NCBI GenBank assembly: GCA_965215015.1
Contig: OZ244042.1
Span: 1,728,001-1,792,000 of the forward strand
Length of the DNA: 64,000 nucleotides
DNA from: Candidatus Poribacteria bacterium
Lineage (GTDB): Bacteria; Poribacteria; WGA-4E; PCPOR2b
Direction: 5' to 3'
This document shows, piece after piece, positions 27,593-37,430 of this stretch. How positions within the stretch are numbered: the first letter of the stretch is position 1; every line of letters begins with the position of its first letter. The position numbers were made by a program, and so were the translations under genes. A model generated the notes under the pieces. The model searched no databases, was not told where the DNA came from, and saw only the letters and a list, made by a program, of their open reading frames with translations.

Positions 27593-30448
27593 TCATTTTG
27601 GTGTACTGAATGTGGAAGTGTGCTCATGGATGCGCTGACGCTCGATATTCGCGTACGGGTCAGCGCGACGGGTGATGCCGGTGATGGCGTCAACGGATTC
27701 GTCCGCCTTAAACCGCGTATACAGCTTCTGCTCCTTCGCTGCCATCACCTCATTTTTGAGCGCGCGATAGCACAGCATCATGTTGTAGTGGGCATCCAAA
27801 TCCTCTGGATCAACCGTCAGTGTTTTCTGAAACTCTGCGAGTGCTGCTTCGTACTTCCGCTGCAGGTAGAGCAGCCTGCCAATTTCATTGAGAACCCGCC
27901 GATCCCGCGGAAATTGGAGGGCAGCGGTCCGCAAGTGTTCCAGCGCGTCGTCATATTTTCCGTACGCCTTTTGAACCAGCGCGTAAAAATAGTGCACCTT
28001 GGCCCGGTGCGGGTTGTCGAGGGGAAGCCGTTTCTGGAGAGCCATCGCCTTTTCAAGCATTTGTTCTGCCCCTTTCATATCGCCCTCCTGAATGCGGCAC
28101 CGGGCGACGTTGACCCAGCCGTCCATATAGCTCGGCTCAATCTCCGTAACTTTCAGGAACACCGCTTCCGCGCCCTTGAGATCACCTTGCAGGAATAGCC
28201 CAATACCGTAGTCATTCCACCGCTCGCGGTGGTTCGATCTTGGATTCTTCCCTGATTGATTGATTGCCGGTTCGATCGGTTCACCACCGTCAATCACCCG
28301 CAACGTTGCCATATCCTCTGCCATGGGGACAATTGGCAAGTTGGGGATTGCCTTAATTTTCCCGGCGACATCGGATGTATCTCCCGTGAAGATCCAATGC
28401 CCATTGTCATAACCCTGATCTACCTGAAAATCGGTGTCTTCCGGATCTCGCACCCCCGCATACGCCCACTGCGTATGCCACCAGTTGAATTTGCGGTAAT
28501 TCAACTTTGCGTGCAGCTGAATTTCATCCCCACAATCCGGTGGAATGAAAAGCCGATAGTGAACGGTATCCGCAGCACCGGGGGGAATGGTGTTGGCATA
28601 GAGGACAGTCCGCGCCGCCCAAGCGTTGCGTTTATTGATAAGATTTCCGTGTTCGTCCAGCATATATGCCCGATAAAAGTGCGCTCCCGGATCAACGGGC
28701 CCATTGCCATCTTCCGCTTCAATCCATCCACTCCAGAAAATGATCTTTCCGTTTTCATCTGTCGCCTTCAACTCTAACCAAATATCGAAAGCATCAATTG
28801 TGCCGGCGGGGAATCGGTGCCCTACCCCCCTTGTACGAACAACTACATCAATCCGAACTTCTTCGCCGCGCCGAACTGTTGCGTTGGAACCGTTGATTGG
28901 TGCGATAAGCTTCGTTATATCCGTTACCGTGCCGATAGCGTGCCCCTGACTTCCGCTGTCGATCAGGCTAAAGGTGCGAAATTGAGGTCTGGCGTGGGGC
29001 GCGCTGAACCTATTCCCCGAATTCCCATGCAGTTGGGACTGGATCGGTGTCGCGGGACTGAGTGCGAAGATATCTACGCTCACCTGATTGTTCTGGAGGA
29101 AGTCGATCGTCGTTTTGAGTTGTTCGTCGTGCTTATTTACGAAAGGAAGTGCTGTATTCGCCGCAGGAAAGCGGTGACTGTGGACTTTTCCGTCGATATT
29201 CGCCGCGTCCTTTGAGGGAACCAGCGGCATGTGACAGTCCACACACTTCTTTGGCTTTTCGGGATAGTAGAAAGACAACGCGCCCTGATGGGAGACGCCG
29301 CTGGTCTGCCACTGATCATAATCGTTAAAACCGCGAAACCAGCGAAAGTTATTGACCGGCACATCGAGATGTACCTTGTGACAGGTGGAACAAAATTCTG
29401 CGGTATTCTGGCGGTGGAATGGCTTGAGGAAACTCTTTTTATGGGGTTCCGGGTCCAAGCGGATAAGGTAATTGTGGAGTTTGCGAATTGCGGGATTTTC
29501 GTTGGCAGCCATCTTATGTAAGGGTGGATACTTGATGACGTATCCGCTGTTGCCCATCGTATCTTTGACCTTTTCCATTGAATGGCACGCCGTACACGCG
29601 AGTCCGGCCTGGGCGGCGGGCGTATGCAAATTCTCCCGAATCGGTCGATCCATCACGCCGTTCAGCAAGATTGCGGGGTCGTGACACCCACCGCACCATT
29701 TAGACGGTTGAATCCCGTTGACCTCCTGCATATACATAATCGATTTGCGATACCACTGGTTGTTGAAGGAGGCGAAGTGATGCGCCGATTCGTGCCACTG
29801 TTTGTAAATGTCCGGATGGCATCCACTTTCAGCACAGGTTTGGGAGGTCAAAAAAAAATCGGTAGGAATCAAATCGCTGGTATAGGTCTCGACGGAAGCG
29901 GGGAAGAATGGCCCATCGGTGCCACCCCCTTCCTCATACATACTGGTCGGCGGAGAGAGTGGGTTTTTCACCAGATAGTCCGGGTTGGGGCGATAGTGCT
30001 GGACCAGCCGTGCCCCAACGGGAAACAGCAGACTGATGAGGAGAACAATCACGGTGATTTGTGCTGCTTTGCGTGAAAACTCGGTCTCTGCTCGTCTCGC
30101 CAAAATCAGTAGATGTCCGACAAATAGGATCGCACCGAGCGTCACGGTGACGATATGGAGGATGAGCAGCCAACGGTTGGGGGTCGTGGCACCGACGAAC
30201 ATCAGGTACACGCCCGAAATCGCCCCAATTCCCAGAGAAACTGTCCCGCCTTTGCCGATAATTGACATATCCGCGAAATGCTTGTGCACATAGAAAGTGA
30301 ACGGAATAATCAACCCAACGCCGAGAACAACGTGAGCCAAGACGTTCCCGATGTAAAATAGGGTCGGCTCTCCGAAGCTGATCAGGTAAGCACTGTTAAT
30401 CAGCAGGATTAGGAAACCGAGAAATAGGAATTTTGTCCAGAGGCGCAT
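27593..30448 (-). CDS. Membrane-anchored multiheme cytochrome c with C-terminal TPR repeats
   Basis: About 5 N-terminal TM helices; CAESGCH, CGGCH, CTACH, CSTCH, CVDCH; C-terminal TPRs. Confidence 0.88.
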   Translation of the reverse strand: MRLWTKFLFLGFLILLINSAYLISFGEPTLFYIGNVLAHVVLGVGLIIPFTFYVHKHFADMSIIGKGGTVSLGIGAISGVYLMFVGATTPNRWLLILHIVTVTLGAILFVGHLLILARRAETEFSRKAAQITVIVLLISLLFPVGARLVQHYRPNPDYLVKNPLSPPTSMYEEGGGTDGPFFPASVETYTSDLIPTDFFLTSQTCAESGCHPDIYKQWHESAHHFASFNNQWYRKSIMYMQEVNGIQPSKWCGGCHDPAILLNGVMDRPIRENLHTPAAQAGLACTACHSMEKVKDTMGNSGYVIKYPPLHKMAANENPAIRKLHNYLIRLDPEPHKKSFLKPFHRQNTAEFCSTCHKVHLDVPVNNFRWFRGFNDYDQWQTSGVSHQGALSFYYPEKPKKCVDCHMPLVPSKDAANIDGKVHSHRFPAANTALPFVNKHDEQLKTTIDFLQNNQVSVDIFALSPATPIQSQLHGNSGNRFSAPHARPQFRTFSLIDSGSQGHAIGTVTDITKLIAPINGSNATVRRGEEVRIDVVVRTRGVGHRFPAGTIDAFDIWLELKATDENGKIIFWSGWIEAEDGNGPVDPGAHFYRAYMLDEHGNLINKRNAWAARTVLYANTIPPGAADTVHYRLFIPPDCGDEIQLHAKLNYRKFNWWHTQWAYAGVRDPEDTDFQVDQGYDNGHWIFTGDTSDVAGKIKAIPNLPIVPMAEDMATLRVIDGGEPIEPAINQSGKNPRSNHRERWNDYGIGLFLQGDLKGAEAVFLKVTEIEPSYMDGWVNVARCRIQEGDMKGAEQMLEKAMALQKRLPLDNPHRAKVHYFYALVQKAYGKYDDALEHLRTAALQFPRDRRVLNEIGRLLYLQRKYEAALAEFQKTLTVDPEDLDAHYNMMLCYRALKNEVMAAKEQKLYTRFKADESVDAITGITRRADPYANIERQRIHEHTSTFSTPK

Positions 30449-30481
30449 GGTTGGGGCTTTCTCTTGAACACAGTTTTGGGT

Positions 30482-30510
30482 TTGACAAGTGTTTGGAAGG
30501 GTTGTATAAT
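30482..30510 (+). promoter_or_regulatory. Consensus sigma-70 promoter
   Basis: TTGACA-17 nt-TATAAT, perfect match. Confidence 0.85.
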
Positions 30511-30584
30511 TAGTCGTCAGTCTTTAATTTTATCAGGTTTTTCCGTCGGTTTCAACTGGAAAGTTTTTACGAAGGGATAAGCTT

Positions 30585-31457
30585 ATGCACTTGACAGAAG
30601 CTCAAATTTCCTCGTTCCACGAGGACGGTTACTTACGGTTGGAAAATGTGTTGGATACGAACGACCTGCAGCCGGTCATTGACGAGTACTCCGATATTAT
30701 TGACAGGCGTGCACAGCAGCTGTACGCCGAGGGGAAAGTGAGTTCGCTGCATGAGGACGAACCGTTTACGCGGCGATTGCTGCTGCTAGCGAAAGAAGCA
30801 CCAGAAGTTGCTGGCAATCTAGACATTATGCAGGAACGCGGCGAGGCAACCTTTAACTTCCTGAAAAACCCGAAGATTCTGGATGTGGCGGAATCGCTCT
30901 GCGGTTCAGAGATTGTGTGTAATCCCATCCAGCATATTCGGGCGGTTTTGCCGCACCGTGCGACCGGCGGCCATCCGACCCACTTCCATCAGGATGCTGG
31001 CGTGTGTTGGCCCGATACCGACCCCTACTTTATGCTGACCGTCTGGGTCCCTATCGTGGACGCGACGCTAGAGAATGGTTGTCTGGCGGTGCTGCCCGGC
31101 AGTCATAAATATGGGCTCCGGCAACATGCGTATACGCCCGGATTGGACGTGCCCCCGGAAGAACGTCCACCCATCAAGTCTAAGCCGCTGCCCGTGCCCG
31201 CAGGGGGGCTTATCCTATTCCACAACTACACGCTGCATCACGCGCTTGCCAACGAATCGGACGAGGTTCGCTGGAGCTTTGACCTGCGCTATCATGATGC
31301 CTATCAGCCGTCGGGACGCCCCTTCTATCCGACGTTCCTGATGCGCAGCAAATTCCGTCCAGATGCGTTGCAGACCGATTATGAGACGTGGTGTGAACGG
31401 TGGGAGTTTGCACTGATGGCAGGGAAGGACGCTGTGCGCTATCGTTGGAAACGTTAA
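30585..31457 (+). CDS. Phytanoyl-CoA dioxygenase (PhyH) family protein
   Basis: FHEDGYL, HQD, ENGCL, PGSH, distal His, RWSFDLRY. Confidence 0.92.
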   Translation: MHLTEAQISSFHEDGYLRLENVLDTNDLQPVIDEYSDIIDRRAQQLYAEGKVSSLHEDEPFTRRLLLLAKEAPEVAGNLDIMQERGEATFNFLKNPKILDVAESLCGSEIVCNPIQHIRAVLPHRATGGHPTHFHQDAGVCWPDTDPYFMLTVWVPIVDATLENGCLAVLPGSHKYGLRQHAYTPGLDVPPEERPPIKSKPLPVPAGGLILFHNYTLHHALANESDEVRWSFDLRYHDAYQPSGRPFYPTFLMRSKFRPDALQTDYETWCERWEFALMAGKDAVRYRWKR

Positions 31458-31559
31458 TTGTGGCAAGAGAATCAACAATGCTTTAAACCACCCGAAGGTT
31501 TCACATCTTGGGGTGGTTATCCCCACGATTACTCAATATCTTCAGTCAGTGGAAAGCCC

Positions 31560-32408
31560 CTAGTTGCCAAGCACACTCCGTTCAGGCACAAAACCCAACT
31601 CTTCCTCGATTCGGTGGATCTCGTATACGGGAGCTCTTTCATGTCCGGGGCGTGTATAGTGGGAGAGATCTATCCGATCGGCATCCGCCCCATACCACCC
31701 ACGGATAATTTCGGGGACGGTCCCCTCGGCACAAGCTTGTCCCCCTACCGCATTCAGGATGCGAACCCCCGGTTTATGCGGGGCTTCGGCCGCAAGCGTC
31801 AAACAGCGAACCGTATCGCTGAGGTACATGTACGAAATTGACCCCATTGACCACTGTCCTACCGGCCCAACCTTTCTAGGCGTCAATTCACGGTCATCGG
31901 GGGCGATGCTTGCTAAGCGGAGGTTAATAAAATCCAACTCTTCATTCTGACGCGCCAGATAGCGTGAGACCTCCTCCATCAGATACTTCGAGAAGCCGTA
32001 TCCTATCCGATCGAGACAGGGGTGTTCGTCGGGCATCGGCAGCTGCAACGGTCTGAACAGGGGAGACTGAAATCCGACCGCCGCAATTGAACTGGCGAGA
32101 ACAAACTTCTTGCAGCCACCATCCACAAAATATCGCACGAGTTGATATGTTCCCATAACATTGACTCGGAGTTGTTCCGCTTCGCTCCCTCCACCCGTTA
32201 CCGCTGCAAGATGAACCACTACATCAATGCTGTGCGGATTTAACTTTCGCAGATCATCGGGCGATGTAAAATCTCCTTGAACCGCTGTTACGCCCTCTAC
32301 TTCTGTCCGCTGCCTAGATATACAGAAAACTTCATGGTCTTGCGCCATTGAACCCGCGAGTGCATGCCCGATAAATCCGCTGGTGCCGGTGATTAGTATT
32401 CCGCTCAT
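31560..32408 (-). CDS. NAD-dependent epimerase/dehydratase
   Basis: ITGTSGFIG, HLAA, YGFSK. Confidence 0.9.
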   Translation of the reverse strand: MSGILITGTSGFIGHALAGSMAQDHEVFCISRQRTEVEGVTAVQGDFTSPDDLRKLNPHSIDVVVHLAAVTGGGSEAEQLRVNVMGTYQLVRYFVDGGCKKFVLASSIAAVGFQSPLFRPLQLPMPDEHPCLDRIGYGFSKYLMEEVSRYLARQNEELDFINLRLASIAPDDRELTPRKVGPVGQWSMGSISYMYLSDTVRCLTLAAEAPHKPGVRILNAVGGQACAEGTVPEIIRGWYGADADRIDLSHYTRPGHERAPVYEIHRIEEELGFVPERSVLGN

Positions 32409-32449
32409 TCTGTGTTCCTCCTTCCGAACTCATTCGTGTGGTACAACAA

Positions 32450-33463
32450 TCAATCTGCCGACCATCGTATGACTGCACCGACCACCTCCTTGGCGTTACC
32501 TTTGTTGATAGTGTTGTAAAGGGTTGGCGATTCCTCCGATTCGACCCGATGTGTAATCGTATGATGCCACGGCAGGACACCTGTGGCCATATTCTTGAGT
32601 ACAGCGCGTCGGCAAGGAGCGAAACCATCGTCACATGGGTAGAACATGGTCAACCGTTTGCCGTGGGGCGGTGCAAATTGATAGGAGAGCGGAGCTGTGC
32701 CGTAATGCCCTTGAAGCACAAACTTGCCGTACATCTTACACAGCTCGATCGCCGGATCGATACACGCAGGAACGCCGGTGGATTCAAAGACCACATCGGC
32801 ACCTTCAGGCGCGATTTTTTCTAGCTCTTCCATCACGTTCTGGGCCGCACCGTTGATAAGGTAATCCGCTCCGAGCTTTTGGGCAATCTTCAATCTGTTC
32901 TGCTCAAGGTCAACGGCGACGACAACGCAGCCCCGATGGCTACAAGCAGCGATAACCCCCAAGCCGACCAATCCGGCACCGTAAACCGCGACAACATCTC
33001 CCATTCGCGGGTTTGCCATATCGACACCGTTCAAGCCGACCGCCGGCATCACAAACAGGCTCGCAGCGTCGTCAGGGACATCCTCGGGCAGCAGTTCCAA
33101 GCCATGCGTCGTTTGCGGATTGACGAGTGCGACGGAGCAATGAACACCGGTTACGGCTGAAACCTCGGTACCATCGGACAACTGCATCCCCTCCCGGTTA
33201 TCGCGGTAATAGACCTTATCACCGACCTTGAACGCATTGACGTTCTCACCAGCGTGCTCGACGACACCGACCCCTTGATACCCGGTGCATAGTGGATATT
33301 CCCTTCCAGATATTTTGTTGCGGATTAGCGCAAATTCTGTCCCAATGCTAACCCCACTGTACAACGCCCGTATCAGGAGGTGTTTCGGGCCCGGATCGGG
33401 TAGGGTGACATCAGCGTAGCTAAAGTTCTGATTTTCGTCACAGATAAGTGCTTTGGCGTGCAT
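32450..33463 (-). CDS. Zinc-binding dehydrogenase (MDR) family oxidoreductase
   Basis: SIGTE, GYQGVG, GAGLVG, VFESTG. Confidence 0.88.
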   Translation of the reverse strand: MHAKALICDENQNFSYADVTLPDPGPKHLLIRALYSGVSIGTEFALIRNKISGREYPLCTGYQGVGVVEHAGENVNAFKVGDKVYYRDNREGMQLSDGTEVSAVTGVHCSVALVNPQTTHGLELLPEDVPDDAASLFVMPAVGLNGVDMANPRMGDVVAVYGAGLVGLGVIAACSHRGCVVVAVDLEQNRLKIAQKLGADYLINGAAQNVMEELEKIAPEGADVVFESTGVPACIDPAIELCKMYGKFVLQGHYGTAPLSYQFAPPHGKRLTMFYPCDDGFAPCRRAVLKNMATGVLPWHHTITHRVESEESPTLYNTINKGNAKEVVGAVIRWSAD

Positions 33464-33537
33464 CTTTTAACACCTCGTGTAAGTATTCTGTTGAGATGTG
33501 AATCTTGACCTACAGGTTCTGTTGATATTTAACTTAA

Positions 33538-33881
33538 TAGGAGTTACGCACTTGAGTGTGTAATAGCACCATTCATTGCGACTCTTTAGGGTAGTAGGCA
33601 TACGGTGTATGCCTACTACCCCCCTTCTCCCCGCTAAATACCCGGCAGGGTGTCCCCGTGTGGGTATTCGGGATTAGAGAGGGGACAGCACAGTGGAGCG
33701 TGCCTGCCACTGTCGGATAAATCGTAGTTGTCCGATTCATTGGGTGTCGTGAGTCGTATGGTCCGGTGATGAGTCCCCGAGGATACCATGACTATTGCGC
33801 CATAATCCTGGCTCAACCAACCATAAACATTGCACGACCTTTTTTGGTGTTGGCTCTGAGTATTCAGCTGCGTAAGTCCTA
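33538..33881. mobile_element. MITE-like element with TAGGA(C/G)TTACGCA TIRs
   Basis: TAGGAGTTACGCA at 33538-33550 and TGCGTAAGTCCTA at 33869-33881; shares internal AATCCTGGCTCAACC with 1502-1982. Confidence 0.65.
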
Positions 33882-33882
33882 C

Positions 33883-36800
33883 TTAAAAACGCGGCAGCTC
33901 ATGCATCACACGGCGTGTATTGTATTCCAGTTGATAGCGAAGGTGCTCTGGGGTCTCCGGGTACTTTTCCGCGTCGGGATACGGATAAGCGGACATGCCG
34001 TGAAAAGGGAGCGGCGCAACCGTCTGCGAAGACAGCGTATTGATGTCACCGTCCTTGTCCCAACCGTCGCTGTAGAGGATAAAATCTCGCTCCCAACCCG
34101 CTTCCAGCGGCGGCAATCCGTCCGCATCAAACTCGACAGTCATCTCGTCCCCGGCGTTCAAAATGACATACATATCGTCGATCTTCTCTAGCAAGGATGT
34201 TACTTCTCCGTACCGGGTGTAATTGCCTGCCAGATCCCGCCACTGTTTTGGCGTTGCGACTTCGTTATAATCAAATAGATGCGGCGCGTGGGGGGTTGGG
34301 CGATACATCTTGGAAAAGCCGCGGTAATGGAGCACTGCGCGATTCGGAAGCAGCCTCGTAATGCGGGTCGGCACCTCTTCCCCACCGATCTCAAAAAACG
34401 CTGAATCCCAGTAAATCTGCATATTGGTCGCAATTTTTACCCCCCGATCTTCCGAAAGGAATTTGCCTGTCAGATCGATGCAGATAGTCTTGTTTTTGCC
34501 CGCGGGTATGCCAATAGGATCGATGACTGTCCGCCACCTCCCATCCTCATCACGCACCTGTAGGTAAGGAAAACCCGGGTTAATTGACGGATTCTGTGAG
34601 AGTGCAAGGTTGATACTGGTATCTGTTGGGAAGATCCAACCGTTGAGGAATAAGGTAAGTTCCAAATCATCAGGCACGTCCCCCAAATCAAGAACGATGA
34701 AGTGGGGGGCAACGACGCCTTGGAACGCTCCCGGTTCGTGTTCAATCGCATAGCGATAATCGACGGCTTTGAGTGCGTCGGAGACATCGGATCCATGGTG
34801 GTCGAGTGCCGTATATGGGTGGTGAACCTCTTTCGCTGTGTAGATCTTGAACGCTGAAAGCGGCAGTGGGGTATATTTCTCATCAACAAAAATTTGTGTG
34901 CCTACGGGATGGTCTACGGCAAGCAGCTTGACCAGATCAAAATAGGCGGTCTCCCACAGTTCCTCCGTAATTTGAAGCGAATAGACACCTGCTTTTGGCT
35001 TCATGAGGTCGCCGGGAATTTTGACGTAATCCGCGGTTTCAGCAGCCGCGAGAAATCCCATCGGCGTGACCATCCCAAGCGGGCTGCGCCACAGAAGGTC
35101 TGTTACGAACTGATAACCTTGACCGTCATAAACGTAGAGGAATGGACACGATCCCTTCAACACCTGCTTTTCGAGGATGCGTTGGTTTGATTGAGGGGTG
35201 ACAACATTCTGTGGAACACCGTTTGTCCAGACAACCCGCAGCACATCCGCCTGTTTCTCTTTTCCTAAACCGAAATGTGTTATTGGGGCGGTAACATATT
35301 TCATCTGGTAGAGCTCACCAGCCTTGAGCTCTACTTTTGCACCGATGCCATCAATGTTATTCTTGTTGTTGCCTGCGTTGACACCCTCTAACTTCACTTG
35401 CAGCCAACTATTTTGGTCCCCACCTTCGTTCCGCAGCGCAATCACCTGACCATCGGCGTCAACCAGAAAAAGGTCAAGGTCTCCATCGTTGTCATAATCT
35501 CCAACGGTGCCGTCGTCTCCACTCCGGATCGTATCAGGTAGTGCATTTGAAGCATCGGTGAAGTGACCTGTCCCATCGTTCCGAAACAGAAAAATGCCAC
35601 GTCCATCCGTCGCTAGCGGCGCGCCGATAAGCCATAAATCCAAAAAACCGTCGTTGTCATAATCGAGGAAATGGGCACCTGAGCTGTGCACACCCTTTGC
35701 AGCAGCAATCGCTTCCTCATACGAACGCGTATCCGGAGCATAAGTGCCATCGCCGCGGTTTCGATAGAGCTGATGAGGTGTTTCACCATCGGTGGCTATA
35801 AACAGGTCAATATCGCCATCGTTGTCATAGTCACCGACTGCGACCGCTGTGAAGGAGGGGTTTTGGGGCACCCCTATTTCAGCGTTCAATGCCTGCATCT
35901 TTCCCTGACGTAGGTTTGTGCAGAGCGTACAGCCCCTCCTATCGTTTACGATTAATAGATCAATATCGCCATCATCGTCAAAATCACCGAGTGCTGCGTC
36001 CCGTGCGCCGGGGCGTTCCAGTGGGAGGAAAGTCTGATCGCTAACATCGGTGAAGACGCCATCGCCATTATTGCGATACATTTCTACCTGGGCCCCCGTT
36101 GTGAACAAATCTAGATCGCCATCATGGTCATAATCGAGGAACAAGTTTACTACTCTGCCCCGTTGCTTTAAACCCTGATTTGATTGGATACCAGTCAAGT
36201 CGATCATCTCGGTGAAGTTGCCCGTTCCATCATTGTGAAGGAAGGCACTTCCCTCGGCTCCTGACATATAGAGATCTGGGTCACCATCCTTATCGATATC
36301 CGCAAAAGCGGCCGCGTCTCCGCGACGTCCAACTATGGCGGCGGGGATAAAGTTTCCATCTTCATTCCGAAAAAGATTAGGTTCAGTGGCTAAAAAAGCG
36401 GGGAGGGTATACAAGTCAAGATCGCCGTCGTTATCGTAATCTGTCAGCAGAATGTTGGACCGTTTCCCGTTCAGGTTGCCAAGCCCAATCTCTTGAGTCA
36501 CATCAACAAAGTTGGCTCCGATTGGTGGCGTCTGCTTCGCTTTGGTTCGTGCTCTAAACCCAGTACTAAATCCTTCGATCGGGTGCCCCAAGATGTTCGT
36601 CACCAACTCCCCAATCCCTTGTTGATAGCGGGGGCTTCGCTTTTGAACGTTCTCAAAAATCTGAATATATCGGGCTGCCCCTTTAATATCGCCTTGATCT
36701 ATCAAAAGCAGTCCCTGTTTTAGGTACTTGAGGAATTCTTCAGCCGCATCCCACAGCAGGGCGTTCAACTCCATGCAGATCCGCTTCGCTTCCTCAACCT

Positions 36801-37404
36801 GTTCTCGCCGCAAAAGGGCGTTTGCTAACTTAAGCATTACCACCACATTTGCTGGGGTTCGCTCTCGCAACGCCCACAGGTGAAAAATCGCCTCATCCGC
36901 CGCATCTGGGTTATTCCGCTGACTCAAATAGTGGCGTGCCAATTTATATCGCACTTCAAGGTCATCAGGCGCAAGCCTCACCGCTTCCTGAATCGCTGCA
37001 ATCGCTTCCGCAGTTCTACCCTGCGATTGATAGATCTCCGCCAAAATGAAATGTAACTGGCTGTCCATCGGTTCAACTTGAAGTCCGCGTTTGACCCATG
37101 TTTCGGCTTCCTTGTGCTGCTTGAGGCGTAAGTGTGCAACAGCAAGATTGCCATAACCAATCGATTCATCAGGTGCTAAATTGACCAATCCCTGAAACTG
37201 CTCAATCGCTTGATGCGCTTGAGATTCTTCGAGGTAAGCTAATCCAAGGTTCTGATGACGTATCGCAGCCGAGATAGTTTTTTCGACGGTCTGCTGAGGG
37301 TTGGCAATTGGACTGTAGATAAGAAGTAAAACGTGAAGCGTGAAACATGAAATGTAGAGAACGATGGGGCGTAGGTTGTGCCCCTTGTGTAAAGAGAGTT
37401 CCAT
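33883..37404 (-). CDS. TPR + FG-GAP repeat + ASPIC/UnbV domain protein
   Basis: N-terminal TPRs, many DYDNDGDLDL repeats, GIGAKV/HFGLG, GSCPFLY C-terminal domain; start estimated at MELSL. Confidence 0.9.
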   Translation of the reverse strand: MELSLHKGHNLRPIVLYISCFTLHVLLLIYSPIANPQQTVEKTISAAIRHQNLGLAYLEESQAHQAIEQFQGLVNLAPDESIGYGNLAVAHLRLKQHKEAETWVKRGLQVEPMDSQLHFILAEIYQSQGRTAEAIAAIQEAVRLAPDDLEVRYKLARHYLSQRNNPDAADEAIFHLWALRERTPANVVVMLKLANALLRREQVEEAKRICMELNALLWDAAEEFLKYLKQGLLLIDQGDIKGAARYIQIFENVQKRSPRYQQGIGELVTNILGHPIEGFSTGFRARTKAKQTPPIGANFVDVTQEIGLGNLNGKRSNILLTDYDNDGDLDLYTLPAFLATEPNLFRNEDGNFIPAAIVGRRGDAAAFADIDKDGDPDLYMSGAEGSAFLHNDGTGNFTEMIDLTGIQSNQGLKQRGRVVNLFLDYDHDGDLDLFTTGAQVEMYRNNGDGVFTDVSDQTFLPLERPGARDAALGDFDDDGDIDLLIVNDRRGCTLCTNLRQGKMQALNAEIGVPQNPSFTAVAVGDYDNDGDIDLFIATDGETPHQLYRNRGDGTYAPDTRSYEEAIAAAKGVHSSGAHFLDYDNDGFLDLWLIGAPLATDGRGIFLFRNDGTGHFTDASNALPDTIRSGDDGTVGDYDNDGDLDLFLVDADGQVIALRNEGGDQNSWLQVKLEGVNAGNNKNNIDGIGAKVELKAGELYQMKYVTAPITHFGLGKEKQADVLRVVWTNGVPQNVVTPQSNQRILEKQVLKGSCPFLYVYDGQGYQFVTDLLWRSPLGMVTPMGFLAAAETADYVKIPGDLMKPKAGVYSLQITEELWETAYFDLVKLLAVDHPVGTQIFVDEKYTPLPLSAFKIYTAKEVHHPYTALDHHGSDVSDALKAVDYRYAIEHEPGAFQGVVAPHFIVLDLGDVPDDLELTLFLNGWIFPTDTSINLALSQNPSINPGFPYLQVRDEDGRWRTVIDPIGIPAGKNKTICIDLTGKFLSEDRGVKIATNMQIYWDSAFFEIGGEEVPTRITRLLPNRAVLHYRGFSKMYRPTPHAPHLFDYNEVATPKQWRDLAGNYTRYGEVTSLLEKIDDMYVILNAGDEMTVEFDADGLPPLEAGWERDFILYSDGWDKDGDINTLSSQTVAPLPFHGMSAYPYPDAEKYPETPEHLRYQLEYNTRRVMHELPRF

Positions 37405-37430
37405 AGCCCTTGTTTCCAACGGTTTTGCCG

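Noticed and set aside
27572-30293. Long antisense ORFs opposite the cytochrome gene, and similar shadow ORFs across the window
   Set aside because: Expected shadows of GC-balanced coding sequence; no recognisable motifs.
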